A stretch of DNA of 34,563 nt from a bacterium (GCA_965233585.1 CBDDTI010000217.1:1-34563), one strand, 5' to 3'; positions 21,818 to 34,425 are shown, counted from the stretch's first letter. Translations and numbers: made by a program. Notes: generated by a model not told the origin, from the sequence alone.

Positions 21818-24777
21818 CGGCAGGTTTCTTTTGCAGGTCACAGGTCACAGGTCACAGGTCACATCAAAATCAAAAAGCAATCAGTAATACTGGCGATGTA
21901 AGAATTACCCGAGATTCCCAAGCGATTTATCGATATTTCCATGTAACAAATGTTTCACCATATAATTTCCATGAAAAATTTCAAACTTCTCAGTACTTCA
22001 GACTAATATATCTTTTTAAAAAGGAACACAAGAGCGACACAGTCACTGTTGTAAATTTCAAGATCACCTTCATGGGTGAAAACTGGCATTTTCCATGGCT
22101 AGTCTTCGGTATGCCATTATTTAAGTAGCAAACTGGCGCAGAAACCCAACATTTCTCTCAAAGCGTGATTGTATGGTTTGCATAAATTGCCAACCACCAA
22201 AGCCTTTTGCTCCTGCCAGTCTTAAAAATGGCGGCTGTTAGCACTTCGTGATTCACCTTCGATTTAGGGAAATTGAACGATTCCTAACAACACCGCTTTG
22301 TTAGGGCGTATGGAAAAGCCGGAATCCGGAATCCGGAACCGGAACCGGAACCGGAACCGGAAACGGAACCGGAACCGGAACCGGAAACGGAACCGGAAAC
22401 GGAAACGGAACATTCTTTTCAGTTAGATTGAGTTTGGGACGATGCTCTTATTATACAAAACATATTTGCTTTTGCTTCTAGGTCGCAACAACACCGGGGA
22501 ATTGGTAATAAATTTATAATAAATAAATTTCTGGCTGCATAATTTGTGCAAAACCAAAACGTTAACACTGTAAAAACTCGCTTGGTGTTTCCGACTGTAG
22601 ATCGAAATGCTGAAATACTCTCGGGAGGTTTCAATGATCGTTTAAGTTGCTGTTGAATGTATTGATTGTTCGTGAATTTTTGACTGTCGGGTAAGTTCTT
22701 GAATAACCCTGCCGTGAGTAGAGGTTTCTTTTAATACAATATACCGGGGCTAAGAGAATTCGTGTAAGGCAAAAGCACAACATCCTTTAGAATCGCTTCA
22801 CATTTCTTAACAAATATTGAATACTAACACAGGGTTCTAACTTCAATTTTTGTAGAAATTTTTCTATGAGAGTTGACAACGGAGTCAGAGTGCAATTTTT
22901 TTTAAAACTGTCGAAACATCGATCGAGATTTTCTAATATGCCCTGCTCGAAAATTTCCTCTGCTACAAAGCCAAAATTATGATTGAAATGCTTGACCATG
23001 ATGACATTTCTAAATAAATATCTCAAGTTTTAAGAATGACTGGACTGATGAGTTTTTCCGTGGAAATTGTAGAATAATTTTAGACTGCCGGATATGTAGT
23101 GTTTGTTTTAAAAGCACTTCCCGGCTGCCGGATATCTAGACCCAATGTTTTATTAAACTTTTAGTTTAGAGCTTATGGGTCGTCAAGCTTGGTTTCTGAA
23201 TTGGTTTTGGAGTTCCTTTTTTATACCAATGCTAAAGAAACGTTTATAATGGATTCTACATATTTTAAAATTTTTTTAAGAGTATTTTTCGTTCGTTGCT
23301 CGTTACTTCGCTGCTCTGTGTAGTAACACCCATAACAAACTCAAATTTTCACACGCACTACTCACATTTTAACCAATTCCCCGATGTTGTCGCGACCTAC
23401 AAACATAAGCAAATATGTTTTGTATAATAAGAGCATCATCCCAAACTCAATCTCCGAGTACCATCATCCATCTTGCGAGAAATGTAGAGAAGGGAGAAGG
23501 AGTATTGATGTTAATCATACTTCCCAACTTGAAGCATTCATTTATTTCTCCGGTTCCGGTTCCGGTTCCGGTTCCGGTTCCGGTTCATGGTTCACGGTTC
23601 ACGGTTCACGGTTCACGGTTCCGGTTCACGGCAGGGTTCTTGAACTTACCCGACAGTCAAAAATTCACGAACAATCAATACATTCAACAGCAACTTAAAC
23701 GATCATTGAAACCTCCCGAGGGTATTTCAGCATTTCGATCTACAGTCGGAAACACCAAGCGAGTTTTTACAGTGTTAACGTTTTGGTTTTGCACAAATTA
23801 TGCAGCCAGAAATTTATTTATTATAAATTTATTACCAATTCCCCGGTGTTGTTGCGACCTAGAAGCAAAAGCAAATATGTTTTGTATAATAAGAGCATCG
23901 TCCCAAACTCAATCTAACTGAAAAGAATGTTCCGGTTCCGGTTCCGTTTCCGGTTCCGGTTCCGGATTCCGGCTTTTCCATACGCCCCTTTGTTACAGAC
24001 TCGGTGTTTGTGAAGTTCAATAATCCAAGAAGTCGGCGCTCGAAAACCGTGACGATTTAATGCATGTTTAACGTGAATTTCTTAAACGATTTTTGTCATT
24101 TTGTTATTTTGTCATATGATGGCACTATATCTCACGATATAAGCCTGCTTTCATCAGACGATTGTGGCACCTACAAAAGAATGGACGAAGATCGAATGGA
24201 GAAAATAAATATTCTCGATATGACTTACGTTATCACTGCACTGAAACTGTACGAAAAGCTTAAGAATTGTCAAAATATTCATTAGAGGTTAAAAGAGACA
24301 GGATTGGTCTTGCCGTGATCCTCAGAATGATTCACTGGAGTGAATGACCGGCTCACTCTTTAAGTTATTTTATATATGTTGTTTTCTTGTTACAAAGAAT
24401 ATCAAATGGTAGAGATAGCATCCGTTAATGCTTTTTCTATCAGTTAATATTCGTTAGAAGTAAAATAGAAATAAAATCAGAAAAATTTAACAGTTCGATT
24501 TGCTATCATAATTATCTTATAACGATAAAATATATGCAACACTTCATGCGTGAAAGCTATATTTCAACCCATTTAGTACAGATACCATCCCTATAAAATT
24601 TTCCATCAAAATTATACAGTGAAACATTATTTTGCTGCATGGAAATATCGACAAACCTCTTAAGAATCTCGGGTAATTCTTACATCGCCAGTATTACTGA
24701 TTGCTTTTTGATTTTGATGTGACCTGTGACCTGAAAGCTGTGAGCTGTGACCTGTGACCTGCAAAAGAAACCTGCCG
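21818..24777. mobile_element. Non-autonomous MULE (outer element of a nest)
   Basis: ~165-bp TIRs CGGCAGGTTTCTTTTGCAGGTCACAGGTCAC...; 9-bp TSD TATCCCGTC (21809-21817) / TATCCCGGC (24778-24786), 1 mismatch. Confidence 0.88.
22304..23987. mobile_element. Non-autonomous DNA transposon, 1684 bp, with ~360-410-bp TIRs containing (CCGGAA)n (inner element)
   Basis: Perfect 8-bp TSD CTTTGTTA (22296-22303, 23988-23995); near-identical TIRs at 22304-22717 and 23626-23987 starting GGGCGTATGGAAAAGCCGGAATCC. Confidence 0.93.
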
Positions 24778-25238
24778 TATCCCGGCCCCTAAGAAAAAAC
24801 ATAGGCACGCAAAGCGTGCAAGAGTTATTTTTTTGGTGATAGGTGTATTCGTAGAATTGTTCACAGTAATGATTTGGTTTAGTTTTTTTGGGTTGCCATG
24901 TACAGCAAGAAGGAAACTGGAAATCTATAATTTGTAAATACATCGTTACATCGGTAATGGTAAGATAGCAAAATAGTAAGCCAAAAAATGTTTAACTGAA
25001 CAACGTACTGTAAACTGACATGTCTCCAGATTAATGTAGATACCATCTTATTTTCTGACAGGCAATTTGATTCGTTCTTTGATACATTAACCCACACTGT
25101 GATTGGTGTGACACACGACAATGCATAACTCTCTCACTTATCGATCACAAAGCCCTTCCAACCCCCAATAGAGAAGGTAACGAGTTATTGCAAAAGAACT
25201 TTGTAAATTTTTTGAGATCCAATTGATTTTCTGATTCC

Positions 25239-28175
25239 ATGAATGCTGATAATTCTCTTATTTCTTTAACGTTGCCAGAATCAGTTGAAAACGAAATATC
25301 TGCTGCCAGTTCTAGTCTTTCCAATGCGTCTAGTTTTTTACCAGCAAAGCCTGGTTTCAAAATGGCCTGTTTAAACATTAACAGTCTTGTCAAGCATGTT
25401 GATGAACTTAGAGTCCTTCTTTCTGAGTTTTCTGTTGACATTCTGTCAATTAACGAAACAAAACTTGACGAATCCATAAAAAGTTCCGAGCTCCATATAC
25501 CAGGCTACGAATTTATCCGTCGTGACAGAAGTAGAAATGGTGGAGGAGTAGGTTTTTATATTAAGTCTTCTAATTCTTATGTAGTGCGCTCTGATCTAAA
25601 CGTAGTTAATCTTGAAAATTTAATTATAGAAATTCGTAAACCAAACTCTAAGCCATTTCTGATAGCGACATGGTATAGACCTCCTGGTTCTACTACCGAA
25701 TTATTTTCTAGTTTTGAGTCATTTATTGACAAGTTAGATTCTCTTGACCTTGAGTACTATTTGTTGGGTGATTTCAACTGTAATTTGGCCTCTCCTACAC
25801 CTGATGTAAATACTCGTCATTTACTCGAAATTTCGGATTTATATGGGCTCAAACAATTAATTAAGGAACCAACTCGTATCACAGAATCCTCATCTACACT
25901 AATTGATTTGATCTATACTAATTATACAGATAGGGTGAGCTGCTCCGGAGTCTCCCATATTGGCATCAGCGATCATAGCCTCGTCTATGTTTATAGAAAA
26001 CTTTTTTCTGATTCATCATCTAAAGGACATTCTTTTATCTCTTATAGAAATTTCCGAAATTTTAATCGAGAAAATTTTCGAAATGAAATTTCTCAACAAG
26101 ACTGGTCTTTCGATGAACCTGAAGATCCAAATTTGGTATGGTCTAACTGGAAAACAAAATTTTTGCACGTTGTCAACTCTCATGCTCCAATTCGAACTAG
26201 GCGTGCTAAACTGAATAATTTGCCCTGGATTAATTCAGCTTTGAAGAATGGTATGCGCTGTCGGAATGCTGCTAAAAAGAAGGCGATAACAACAAAGAAT
26301 CCTTATGACTGGGCTAATTACAAAAAGTTGCGAAATAAAATCAACAATAAAGTGAAAACCGCTAAGGCATCCTATTATCATAATAGCTTTATTCAGTCCG
26401 AAGGAAACTCTCGAAGGACTTGGAAAACTATTAATAACCTCATGTCCCGTCGTCAGAACAACCAGCAGGTAAAGGAAGTCAAAGTTAATGATATCTCTAT
26501 CAGTAACTCTAACGAGATTTCCAATACCTTTAACGAACATTTTGCAACTATTGGGCCCAAACTAGCTTGCGAAATACCTTCAACCTCGGACGAGGTGTCT
26601 ACTTATTTAAATAATTTTCCTATAAATTTCAACAAATTCTCCTTTCGTTCAACTACTAGCAGTATTGTTTTTACTCATCTTAATAGATTGTCAAAAGCTA
26701 AATCTACTGGGTTAGATAATATTTCTGCTCAGTTAATCCGTGAGTGTGCTGATATTATTTCAGGTCCGTTGTGTGATCTGTTTAATAAATCCTTGAAGTC
26801 TGGCATATTTCCTGACGATTGGAAATGTGCTAGAGTGATTCCGTTGTTCAAACAGGGCGATTCATCTGATTTAAACAACTACCGACCTATCTCTGTCATC
26901 TCAGTTGTCGCCAAAGTGTTCGAGAGGATTGTGTACGATCAGTTATACAACTTCTTAAGCACCGAAGGAATAATCTCTGATAAACAGTCTGGTTTCCGGT
27001 CTTTGCACTCAACTGTAAGTGCTCTTCTTGAAGCCACTTACAGTTGGGCGTTTAATATCGATCGCGGCTATGTAAATGCCGTAGTGTTTCTCGACTTAAA
27101 AAAGGCCTTCGACACTGTTGATCATGAGATACTATTAACTAAAATGAATCGATATGGAATTCAAGGGACATCGCTTGATTGGTTTAACTCATATTTGACT
27201 AATCGCGCACAACGGTGCTCCGTTAACGGTTGTCTCTCTGATTTCACCACTCTTAAATGAGGTGTGCCACAGGGAACGATCCTTGGCCCTCTTTTATTTC
27301 TAGTTTATATTAATGATTTACCTAACTGTTTATCGTTCAGCATTCCTAGAATGTATGCTGATGATACCCATATTACTTATGCTGGCTCTGATTTGCATCT
27401 GATTCAGTCTAGTCTATCTCACGACCTTGAAAAGCTAAGCAAATGGCTTGTATGTAACAGACTTACCTTGAACGCTACAAAGACTGAATTTATGGTGATT
27501 GGCTCCAGGCAAAGATTAAGCACTCTGTCTGATACACTAGAACTCTCCATTGATAATGTTCCAATTGAACAAGTTTCCTCTGTGAAATCACTTGGAATAT
27601 ATATTGATGAAAATCTAACATGGCATTTCCACATTGATAAACTGTGTAAAAAGATCGCCTCCACAATTGGAGCCATCAAACGAGTTAAGCCCTTTTTGCC
27701 TCAATCTACCTTACTCAATATATACAACTCACTAGTTCAATCCCATTTTGATTACTGCAGCCTAGTCTGGGGTAATTGTGGTAAAACATCATCTAACAAG
27801 CTTCAAAAACTGCAGAACCGTGCTGCACGAGTGATTACTTCATCGAGCTATGACGTTGATGTCAATTCCTTGTTTCATAACCTCAACTGGAAAGAATTAC
27901 ATACTCAACGTCAAATTCAGAAAGCCTTCATGGTTTTCAAGTCTTTAAACGGTCTGGTTCCCGAATATCTAACGTCTAAATTTGTGACGCGAAATGTATC
28001 AAACTATGCCCTGAGGGATTCGGCAAATAAACTTGCTGTTCCCTTTCCGAGAACAAACTACATGAAAAATAGTTTTAGTTACAGTGGCGCAACTCTTTGG
28101 AACAGCTTGCCCTATAATATTAGAGAATCTAGTTCCTTACATCAATTTAAACGCCTTCTCCATCAATATTTTTAA
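25239..28175 (+). pseudogene. LINE ORF2 (APE endonuclease + reverse transcriptase) with a single in-frame TGA at 27258-27260
   Basis: APE motifs NINSL, INETKL, GGGVGFY, YRPP, GDFN, IDLI, SDH. RT motifs NYRPIS, QSGFR, DLKKAFDTVDH, GVPQGTILGPLLF, YADD. The two listed ORFs (673 and 303 aa) are in the same frame. Confidence 0.93.
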
Positions 28176-28346
28176 AGACACGGCATTCATGGAAATCAGG
28201 TCTGTAAGTAGCTTTATTGTAAATTAATGTAATTATAGGAGTAGTATTTTTAGGTTTTGGGATTTTTAGACATTTGTGTACCTGATGAATTTTTTTACCG
28301 TGTATAAATAAATAAATAAATAAATAAATAAAATAAATAAATAAAA
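25239..28346 (+). mobile_element. CR1/L2-group LINE (Crack/Daphne-like), 5'-truncated (no ORF1)
   Basis: APE+RT ORF2, ~130-bp 3' UTR and (TAAA)n tail at 28304-28346. No clear TSD; the 5' boundary is approximate. Confidence 0.93.
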
Positions 28347-28709
28347 GGAATTTTTGCCCAAAGTACTCAAGTGAAGAGACCTTTTCGCAAGTCGTAAGTT
28401 TACCCTTTTAACACAACACAACACAACACGACACGACAACACTAATTCACCGAAAGAGAAAAAACTCTAACACGTTAAACGTCTGATTTAATTAAATTGC
28501 ACTTTTACTTGGTGCCACGTAGTCTTCAAAGAACATTTGAGCAGTTTTCATACTTTTTACCCTAAAAGATATCGGACTGAAAAGAATGTCACAAAAAAAT
28601 GCCCATCAAATATAAATAAACTGCTACTGCAGAGACCTAAAAACCATCCAGAAATGAAAGCTTCTTTTTTGTTTAAAAATATTCTGGGAACAATAGCCGA
28701 TAACTTGGA

Positions 28710-29410
28710 AGCTCTAATTGAATTTACACTCATATATAAGACAAAAGTATTAAGTTACCATTTGAAACTAAAGATAGCAAACATCTCGTGGGAACAAATG
28801 GTGACGATTCGTCAGCTCTAATTGAATTTACTCCCTTGTGAAAAACAAGAGAGTCAAATTACCCTTTGTAACTAAAAAATAAAAATATCTCGCTATATTT
28901 GCATGCAAAAAGACCAAAACAATCGTTATCTGCACTTACCACTGTAAACGTTCAAACTCTTTCAAATCAAAATAGTCTTGTCTTCTCTAAAACTTTTTCT
29001 AAGAACTAGAAGCGACGATGCGTGACCTCTAATTGAATTTACTTCTTGTGAAAAACAAAAGTATCAAGTTACCCTCGTAACTAAAGATAGCAAACATCTC
29101 GTGGGAACAAGTGGTGACGATTCGTCAGCTCTAATTGAATTTACTCCCTTGTGAAAAACAAGAGTGTCAAATTACCCTTTGTAACCCAAAAATAAAAAAT
29201 ATCTCGCTATATTTGCATGCAAAAAGACCAAAACAATCGTTATCTGCGATGACTATTGTAAACGTTCAAACTCTCTTAAATCAAAATAGTGTCGCCTCCT
29301 CAAAAACATCTAAAGAACTAAAAGCGACGATGCGCGACCTCTAATTGAATTTACTCCTTGTGAAAAACAAAAGTATCATATTACTTTTGGAACTAAAAAT
29401 AAAAATATCA
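28710..29410 (+). repeat. ~312-bp tandem repeat (about 2.2 copies) composed of ~100/210-bp subunits
   Basis: CTAATTGAATTTACT recurs at ~28713, 28819, 29029, 29131 and 29341; 28819-29130 matches 29131-29410. Confidence 0.9.
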
Positions 29411-30251
29411 GGTACCATTTGCATACAACAAGCTCACGCACCGTCTCAAACCTCAAGGCTCATCTCGTCCATAACTAAAATCCTCAGCGTAACCCACAGA
29501 AAATGAGGAAATAAATACTTTCTACTCTTTCATAGTAGAATAAATATGGCCGTTCTGAATTGTATCAGGATCGAATCTTCTCACAAACCATTTACCTTTA
29601 AGACAAGAAATTTGATTGGCTGTTTATAGTAGATCCGATCTGATTGGTGTGACATACATACATCTCTCACTCACTGAATGATCCATTGACCCGTCCATAA
29701 CATACTCGACGCGCCGACTAAGAGGTATTTTTTTTACAAAAAAATAACTCAATAATTTCAGAAGACACGATCACAACGCATTTTCATTGGAAGAAACAAC
29801 AACACATATGATTAGTCGAAAGGTGTTAGACATGTCTGCCACGCAGGACTAAAGTGCAACGCTACTCTGCACTAAAAATGAGAAACCCTGGGAACGAGGT
29901 TGCCTCGTCCGTTGGCCGTTGGTGAGTCCTTTGTTATCACCAGCGGAAAAATTTGAAAGGCAAGTTTTGTCATATAAGTCGATCTGAAGACAGAAAAGCT
30001 TTTTATCTCGCCGTTACTCATCAACTTTGACCTCGGACACAGCACGAATATAATGGGGATCGGGAAGATACTTTACGATACACGCCTGCGGAATGTTTTC
30101 AGGACGTTTTGAAGTGTACTTCCAATCAGCTTTGTCAAGTGTACGTTACATGAAGTGTTTGGCGTTGAAAGGGTGCCTCAACAAAATTAAATTGGAAAAA
30201 CACTATCGACAGGTAAATCATGACTGAGGCTAATGGGTTTCTCGTGCAAAG

Positions 30252-30260
30252 CCGGAAGTG
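30252..30260 (+). promoter_or_regulatory. ETS-family motif CCGGAAGTG upstream of the putative start codon
   Basis: Exact ETS/GABPA consensus 33 bp upstream of ATG 30293; typical of housekeeping promoters. Confidence 0.55.
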
Positions 30261-30292
30261 AAGAAACAGGGTCGAATAAGCAAAGATTTATC

Positions 30293-30391
30293 ATGGAAGC
30301 ATCTAGTCTCGAAGAAAGCGATCTGAAAGGAATGGAAGTTTGTAACTTTTGTGGCACAGAGGTTGCTCTCCCGTTAGAGTTAATTGAACAG
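30293..30391 (+). CDS. NFRKB: First coding exon of a probable NFRKB (INO80G) orthologue
   Basis: MEASSLEESDLKGMEVCNFCGTEVALPLELIEQ followed by a consensus phase-0 donor CAG|GTAAG. MEVCNFCGTEVALPLELIEQ resembles my recollection of human NFRKB MEDCLLGGTRVSLPEDLLED just before the DEUBAD domain. No downstream exon found in the window. Confidence 0.72.
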
Positions 30392-30534
30392 GTAAGCTCA
30401 TTTCATATTTATTTCATCGCTTAATTTGGTTGATAAGTCAGGGTGAACCGTATGTGCTTTTAATACAAAGTTAAGGTAACGTGACTTGACATTAGTAATG
30501 CTGAGATGAAACTTTACTTAGATTAACAGGGTCC

Positions 30535-30680
30535 GACACGTAGTCAGAACATGTTAATTACTTATTACTACGTGTAAGACTCTTCATGGAGTTACTCCAC
30601 CATATCTCAAATCACTACTAGAAGAACCAAAAATGATGTACACCCTCAGAGACACCTTAAAATTGGCTAAACTTCAGAAT
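30535..30680 (+). mobile_element. Short degraded CR1/L2-group ORF2 C-terminal fragment
   Basis: Translates as KTLHGVTPPYLKSLLEEPKMMYTLRDTLKL, matching the K.L....P.YL......Y.LR tail motif. Confidence 0.55.
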
Positions 30681-31219
30681 ACCCGGCCACTGAAATATCA
30701 CTCATTAAATCCTGCGACTGCAGTCCCACATTCGACATAATTTAGCACATAATAAACTGCATATATAAACCACGAATATACCTCATTCTTTCATCCACTG
30801 CGGCGCAGTAGTCATCAAACTAACTCAGACTTCACTGTGCAACTGTGGACCGTGGTAGCACTTAACTTTAGAGCTTACCTTATTATTTATTCAATGACAG
30901 CGGAACTGGGACCAGAGTAGCACTTCAGTTTACACTTAGTTTAAGGTTAAAGGTTTTTTTAGGTTTTGGTATCTCAATAACATCTAAAAATGTTTTCAAA
31001 CCCAAAAGAGTGAATTCCGATCCTTTTTGCCATAAAACAAGCATTAAATTTCCAGCTTTAGCCACACCCAATGAAGTTGACTGCATAATGAAAGATTGGT
31101 GATGAATGACAACACTTCTGTCTAGGAAAACTCCTGACCACTACTGAAACAACAGTTGTTACCTGAAGTAGAAGGATTTCATGATTGCTGACATGATGCC
31201 ACGACCCATTCAGAAACCC

Positions 31220-32034
31220 AGATTAAAGATCATTTAAATGACGAAAATAAATTCACATCTTATCAAAATTCAAGCCAAAAAGTTGGCAAACGATTTCCTT
31301 TTACAAAACTGCTCGGATTGATCAATGCCATTCCAGATTCCTGGGAACAAAAACTCAAGACGCAAAGCAGGTTCAATAACAACAATGATCAACACAGTAA
31401 TAAGGCTTCTTTAACTACAAAAGGAATTACTTGTAAAAAATCCTGCAGCATTTTCGTTAAAAGAAAATTTAAAGAGCCGCTAGCAAACAATCGCCTTCGC
31501 AGACTAGGTGTCAACAAACTACATAAAATAAACGAAATTCATAGTCTCTCGTTTAAAATGACTAAAGAAACAAAATTAAGTACTTTTCAGTTTAAGGTCA
31601 TACATAATATTCTCCCACACAGAGTGCTACTCTACAAAATGAAAATCACCGATTCTGATCTGTGTTTATATTGCGGTAGCCAAGAAACCCTACAACATCT
31701 GATAGTGAGTTGCCCATTGCTCAGGACCTTCTGGTCTGATGTTTTAACTTGGTGGAATTCCAGCTCCACTCGTAACATCTTATTCGACGAACTCAAGATT
31801 TTATATGGTTACAGTTCTGGAGACCCAAGGTGTCTTCTATTAAATTATTACATTTTAATTGCAAAATTTCAGATCTTCAGGTACAAGATAGATTCCAAAT
31901 CCCCTACTTTTCCAGCCTTTATGGCATTATTGAAAGAAAAACTACTCGTATACGAAGCGGCTGCCGTAGCAAACAAGACTTTACAAAAATTCCAAACAAG
32001 ATGGACAACTCTCCTACCCTTGTTGGATAGTTAA
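31220..32034 (+). mobile_element. 3' fragment of an L1/Tx1-clade LINE ORF2 (zf-RVT region)
   Basis: LINAIPDSW...KLSTFQFKVIHNILP...CLYCGSQETLQHLIVSC...FW...ILIAK is the C-terminal CCHC knuckle typical of Tx1/L1. No RT or APE upstream. Confidence 0.85.
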
Positions 32035-32118
32035 TGGTTTCTGGCACGTTATTATTATTATTATTAACAGTTGTTTATTTATTCCTGGAGTGTTTTTTAA
32101 TTTCTGGAGTGAAGTTTT

Positions 32119-32320
32119 CACTATTATTAATCGTAAGATGCACACATTTGACTTATTAATCGTAAAAGGTGATACTTTACGATAATTAATCGTAAAATGC
32201 GTCACCTACGATTAATAATCGTGGATGTTACGATTGATAATCGTAGAATCCACGATTATTAATCGTAGGGTGATGCATTTTACGATTAATAATCGTAGAA
32301 TCCACGATTATTAATCGTAT
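32119..32320. repeat. Cluster of eight quasi-palindromic ACGATTATTAATCGT motifs spaced ~23-30 bp apart
   Basis: Motif or its reverse complement at ~32121, 32150, 32178, 32208, 32230, 32253, 32282 and 32304. Confidence 0.85.
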
Positions 32321-32719
32321 CTTACAACAAATGCAGTTATGATGCCGATCTTCTGTCGACACCAAATATTTCACTCGACCGGCCGCCATTACGAAAAAAA
32401 CTTCACACCCCAAAACTACATCTTATAAAGCTTGCTCTGTAATAAATGTGATTCAGCCGAAGTGTTGACGTGACAAGCTTAACGTAAAGCTATCCTTTTA
32501 TGAACTGAGTGTGTTTACGGACGATATTTTCAACGTTTTTTACTCGTCGACGAAAAGCAATGCGAGCGTGAATGTCGTGGCCGTGAAACAAGACTGCCGC
32601 GTTCAATGCGAAAATAAACAACTTTACTAAAAGATTATCCAGATAATTTGAAAGCGGCTGATTCAATGTTCAAAGTGTACCCAAAGGAAAAGATAACAGG
32701 CAAAGAAACCAACAACTAA

Positions 32720-34425
32720 GTGTGTTTACGAAAGATATTTTCTCTGTCTTTGAGCCAGTCTTCGACAAAAAGCAGCACGAGTGGGAAAATATATCGTGGC
32801 AGTGCTTGAACAAACAACGGCGTTCAATTTGAAATAAGAAACTTAAGATTTTGTAGTTCAAGAGCTATATTAAAAGGCTTCTTTATTTCAAAATTCGGCG
32901 AACTAAGAAGAACCCTCCGTCGCTTTCCCAAAGGAAAATTCGCAAGAGCCGGTGTTTACGAGCGACATCATCGATCTTTCAGTCTTGATCTTGCAATCTT
33001 TAATTTAGCGACATCGACCAAGTCGATGAGAAAGCGACGCGAAAGGCTTCGAATGAACTTTATTTTCTTCCCTTATTTCCGATGAAATATATGGAAGGAA
33101 AAGAGTGGATTATTTTTCGAAAAGTGAATTCATTCAAACCAGAGCTTTGCTGCATATGAAAGAAGTTTGAATCAGTGTTTTTACGGCCGACGGGCAATCA
33201 ACTTTACTCTGCAGTAAACAAGCTATGCCGGCGTACTAAAACGGCAATCGAATAACCAACAAAACTAATTGTGTTTCATTCGGCAGATTTTTACGTAGTT
33301 CATCACCCAAAACGAAATGGGCCTCGGCAAGAACTCTCGCATTTAGTAGATTGTCCATACTTTATATTGTTTTGTAATTAAAAACGCCGTCAAAACAAAC
33401 AGGGAAAGCCGCGAAACGAATTCGATACGCACAAGCTACATTGTAGATTATTTAGAGATAAGAAAGATTCTCAGCGTTTACTCCACTTCCAGAAGGTAAG
33501 CAAAATAATATTCCTGGTTTTCAAAACATGGCGATCTTGGGATTAAGCGTTTTTCGTGCTTTGCGTGATTAATTGAAGTTTGATTTTCGACGGCATCTTC
33601 CCCATCCTTGAGTCTCCGACAGAAGGCACGAGCAGGAGAAATATATCGTCGCCGTGCTTGAACAAACAACAGCACTGCGTTTAATTCGAAATAAAAATCT
33701 TCAGATTCTGTCATATTAGAGCTATATTAAAAAGTTTCTTTATTTCAAAATTTGACGAACTAAGAAGAACCCTCCACCGCTTTCCCAAAGGAAAGTTTGC
33801 AAGAGCCGGTTTTTCGAGCGATATCTTTCTTGCAATCTTTAGCGGTATCAACGAAGTCGATGAGAAAGCGATGCAAACGGTTTTAAATGAACTTTATTTT
33901 CTTCCCTTAATTCCGGTGAAATACATGGAAGGAAAAATTGGGTTATCTTTCGAAAAGCGAATTCATTCAAACCAGGGCTTTGCTGCACATGAAAGAAGTT
34001 TGAATGTTTTGACGGCTGACGGCAATCAACTCTGCAGTAAACAAGCTACGCGTCAGTACTAAAACGGCACTCGAGAAACCTACAAATTAATTGTGTTTTC
34101 ATTCGGCGGATTCGTACGTAGTTCATCACCCGAAACGAAATGGGCCTCAGCCAGCACTCTAGCATTTATCTAAAGTAAATTATCCATAATTTATTATTTT
34201 GTAGTTAAAAACGCCGTCAAAACAAACATTGAAATCCGCGAAAGACCAACACTTTTAATTCGATACGCACAATCTAGATTATTTAAGAGATAAGATAAAG
34301 ATTCTCAGCGTTTACTTTTCGAAATAAAATCCACTTCCAGAGGGTAAGTATAATAATATTCCTGGTTCTCAAAACGTCGTGATCTTTTCACATTTTGCGT
34401 GACGTTGAAGTTTTATTTTCGACGG
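32720..34425 (+). repeat. Diverged tandem duplication, period ~830-860 bp
   Basis: Matching anchors GAGCTATATTAAAA (32862/33721), GAACTAAGAAGAACCCTCC, CGAAATGGGCCTC and AGATTCTCAGCGTTTAC; a more degenerate partial copy lies at 32510-32620. Confidence 0.9.

Noticed and set aside
22419..23921. Duplicated ORFs ending ...RASSQTQSN (22419-22634, 23415-23921), and the pair ending ...QSVILAM (21605-21901, 24680-24943)
   Set aside because: The identity simply reflects inverted TIR copies; no recognisable domains.
25145..27679. Antisense and alternative-frame ORFs overlapping the LINE
   Set aside because: Shadows of ORF2 with no independent support.
29880..29902. GAGAAACCCTGGGAACGAGGTTG, resembling a MITE right end
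   Set aside because: No partner left end nearby; at most an orphan fragment.
32119..32320. CRISPR-like repeat/spacer pattern and a CACTA terminus at 32119
   Set aside because: Repeats are 15 bp, linkers are 8-14 bp and partly repeated, and orientation is mixed. The CACTA is probably a mutated motif copy; no matching TAGTG end was found.
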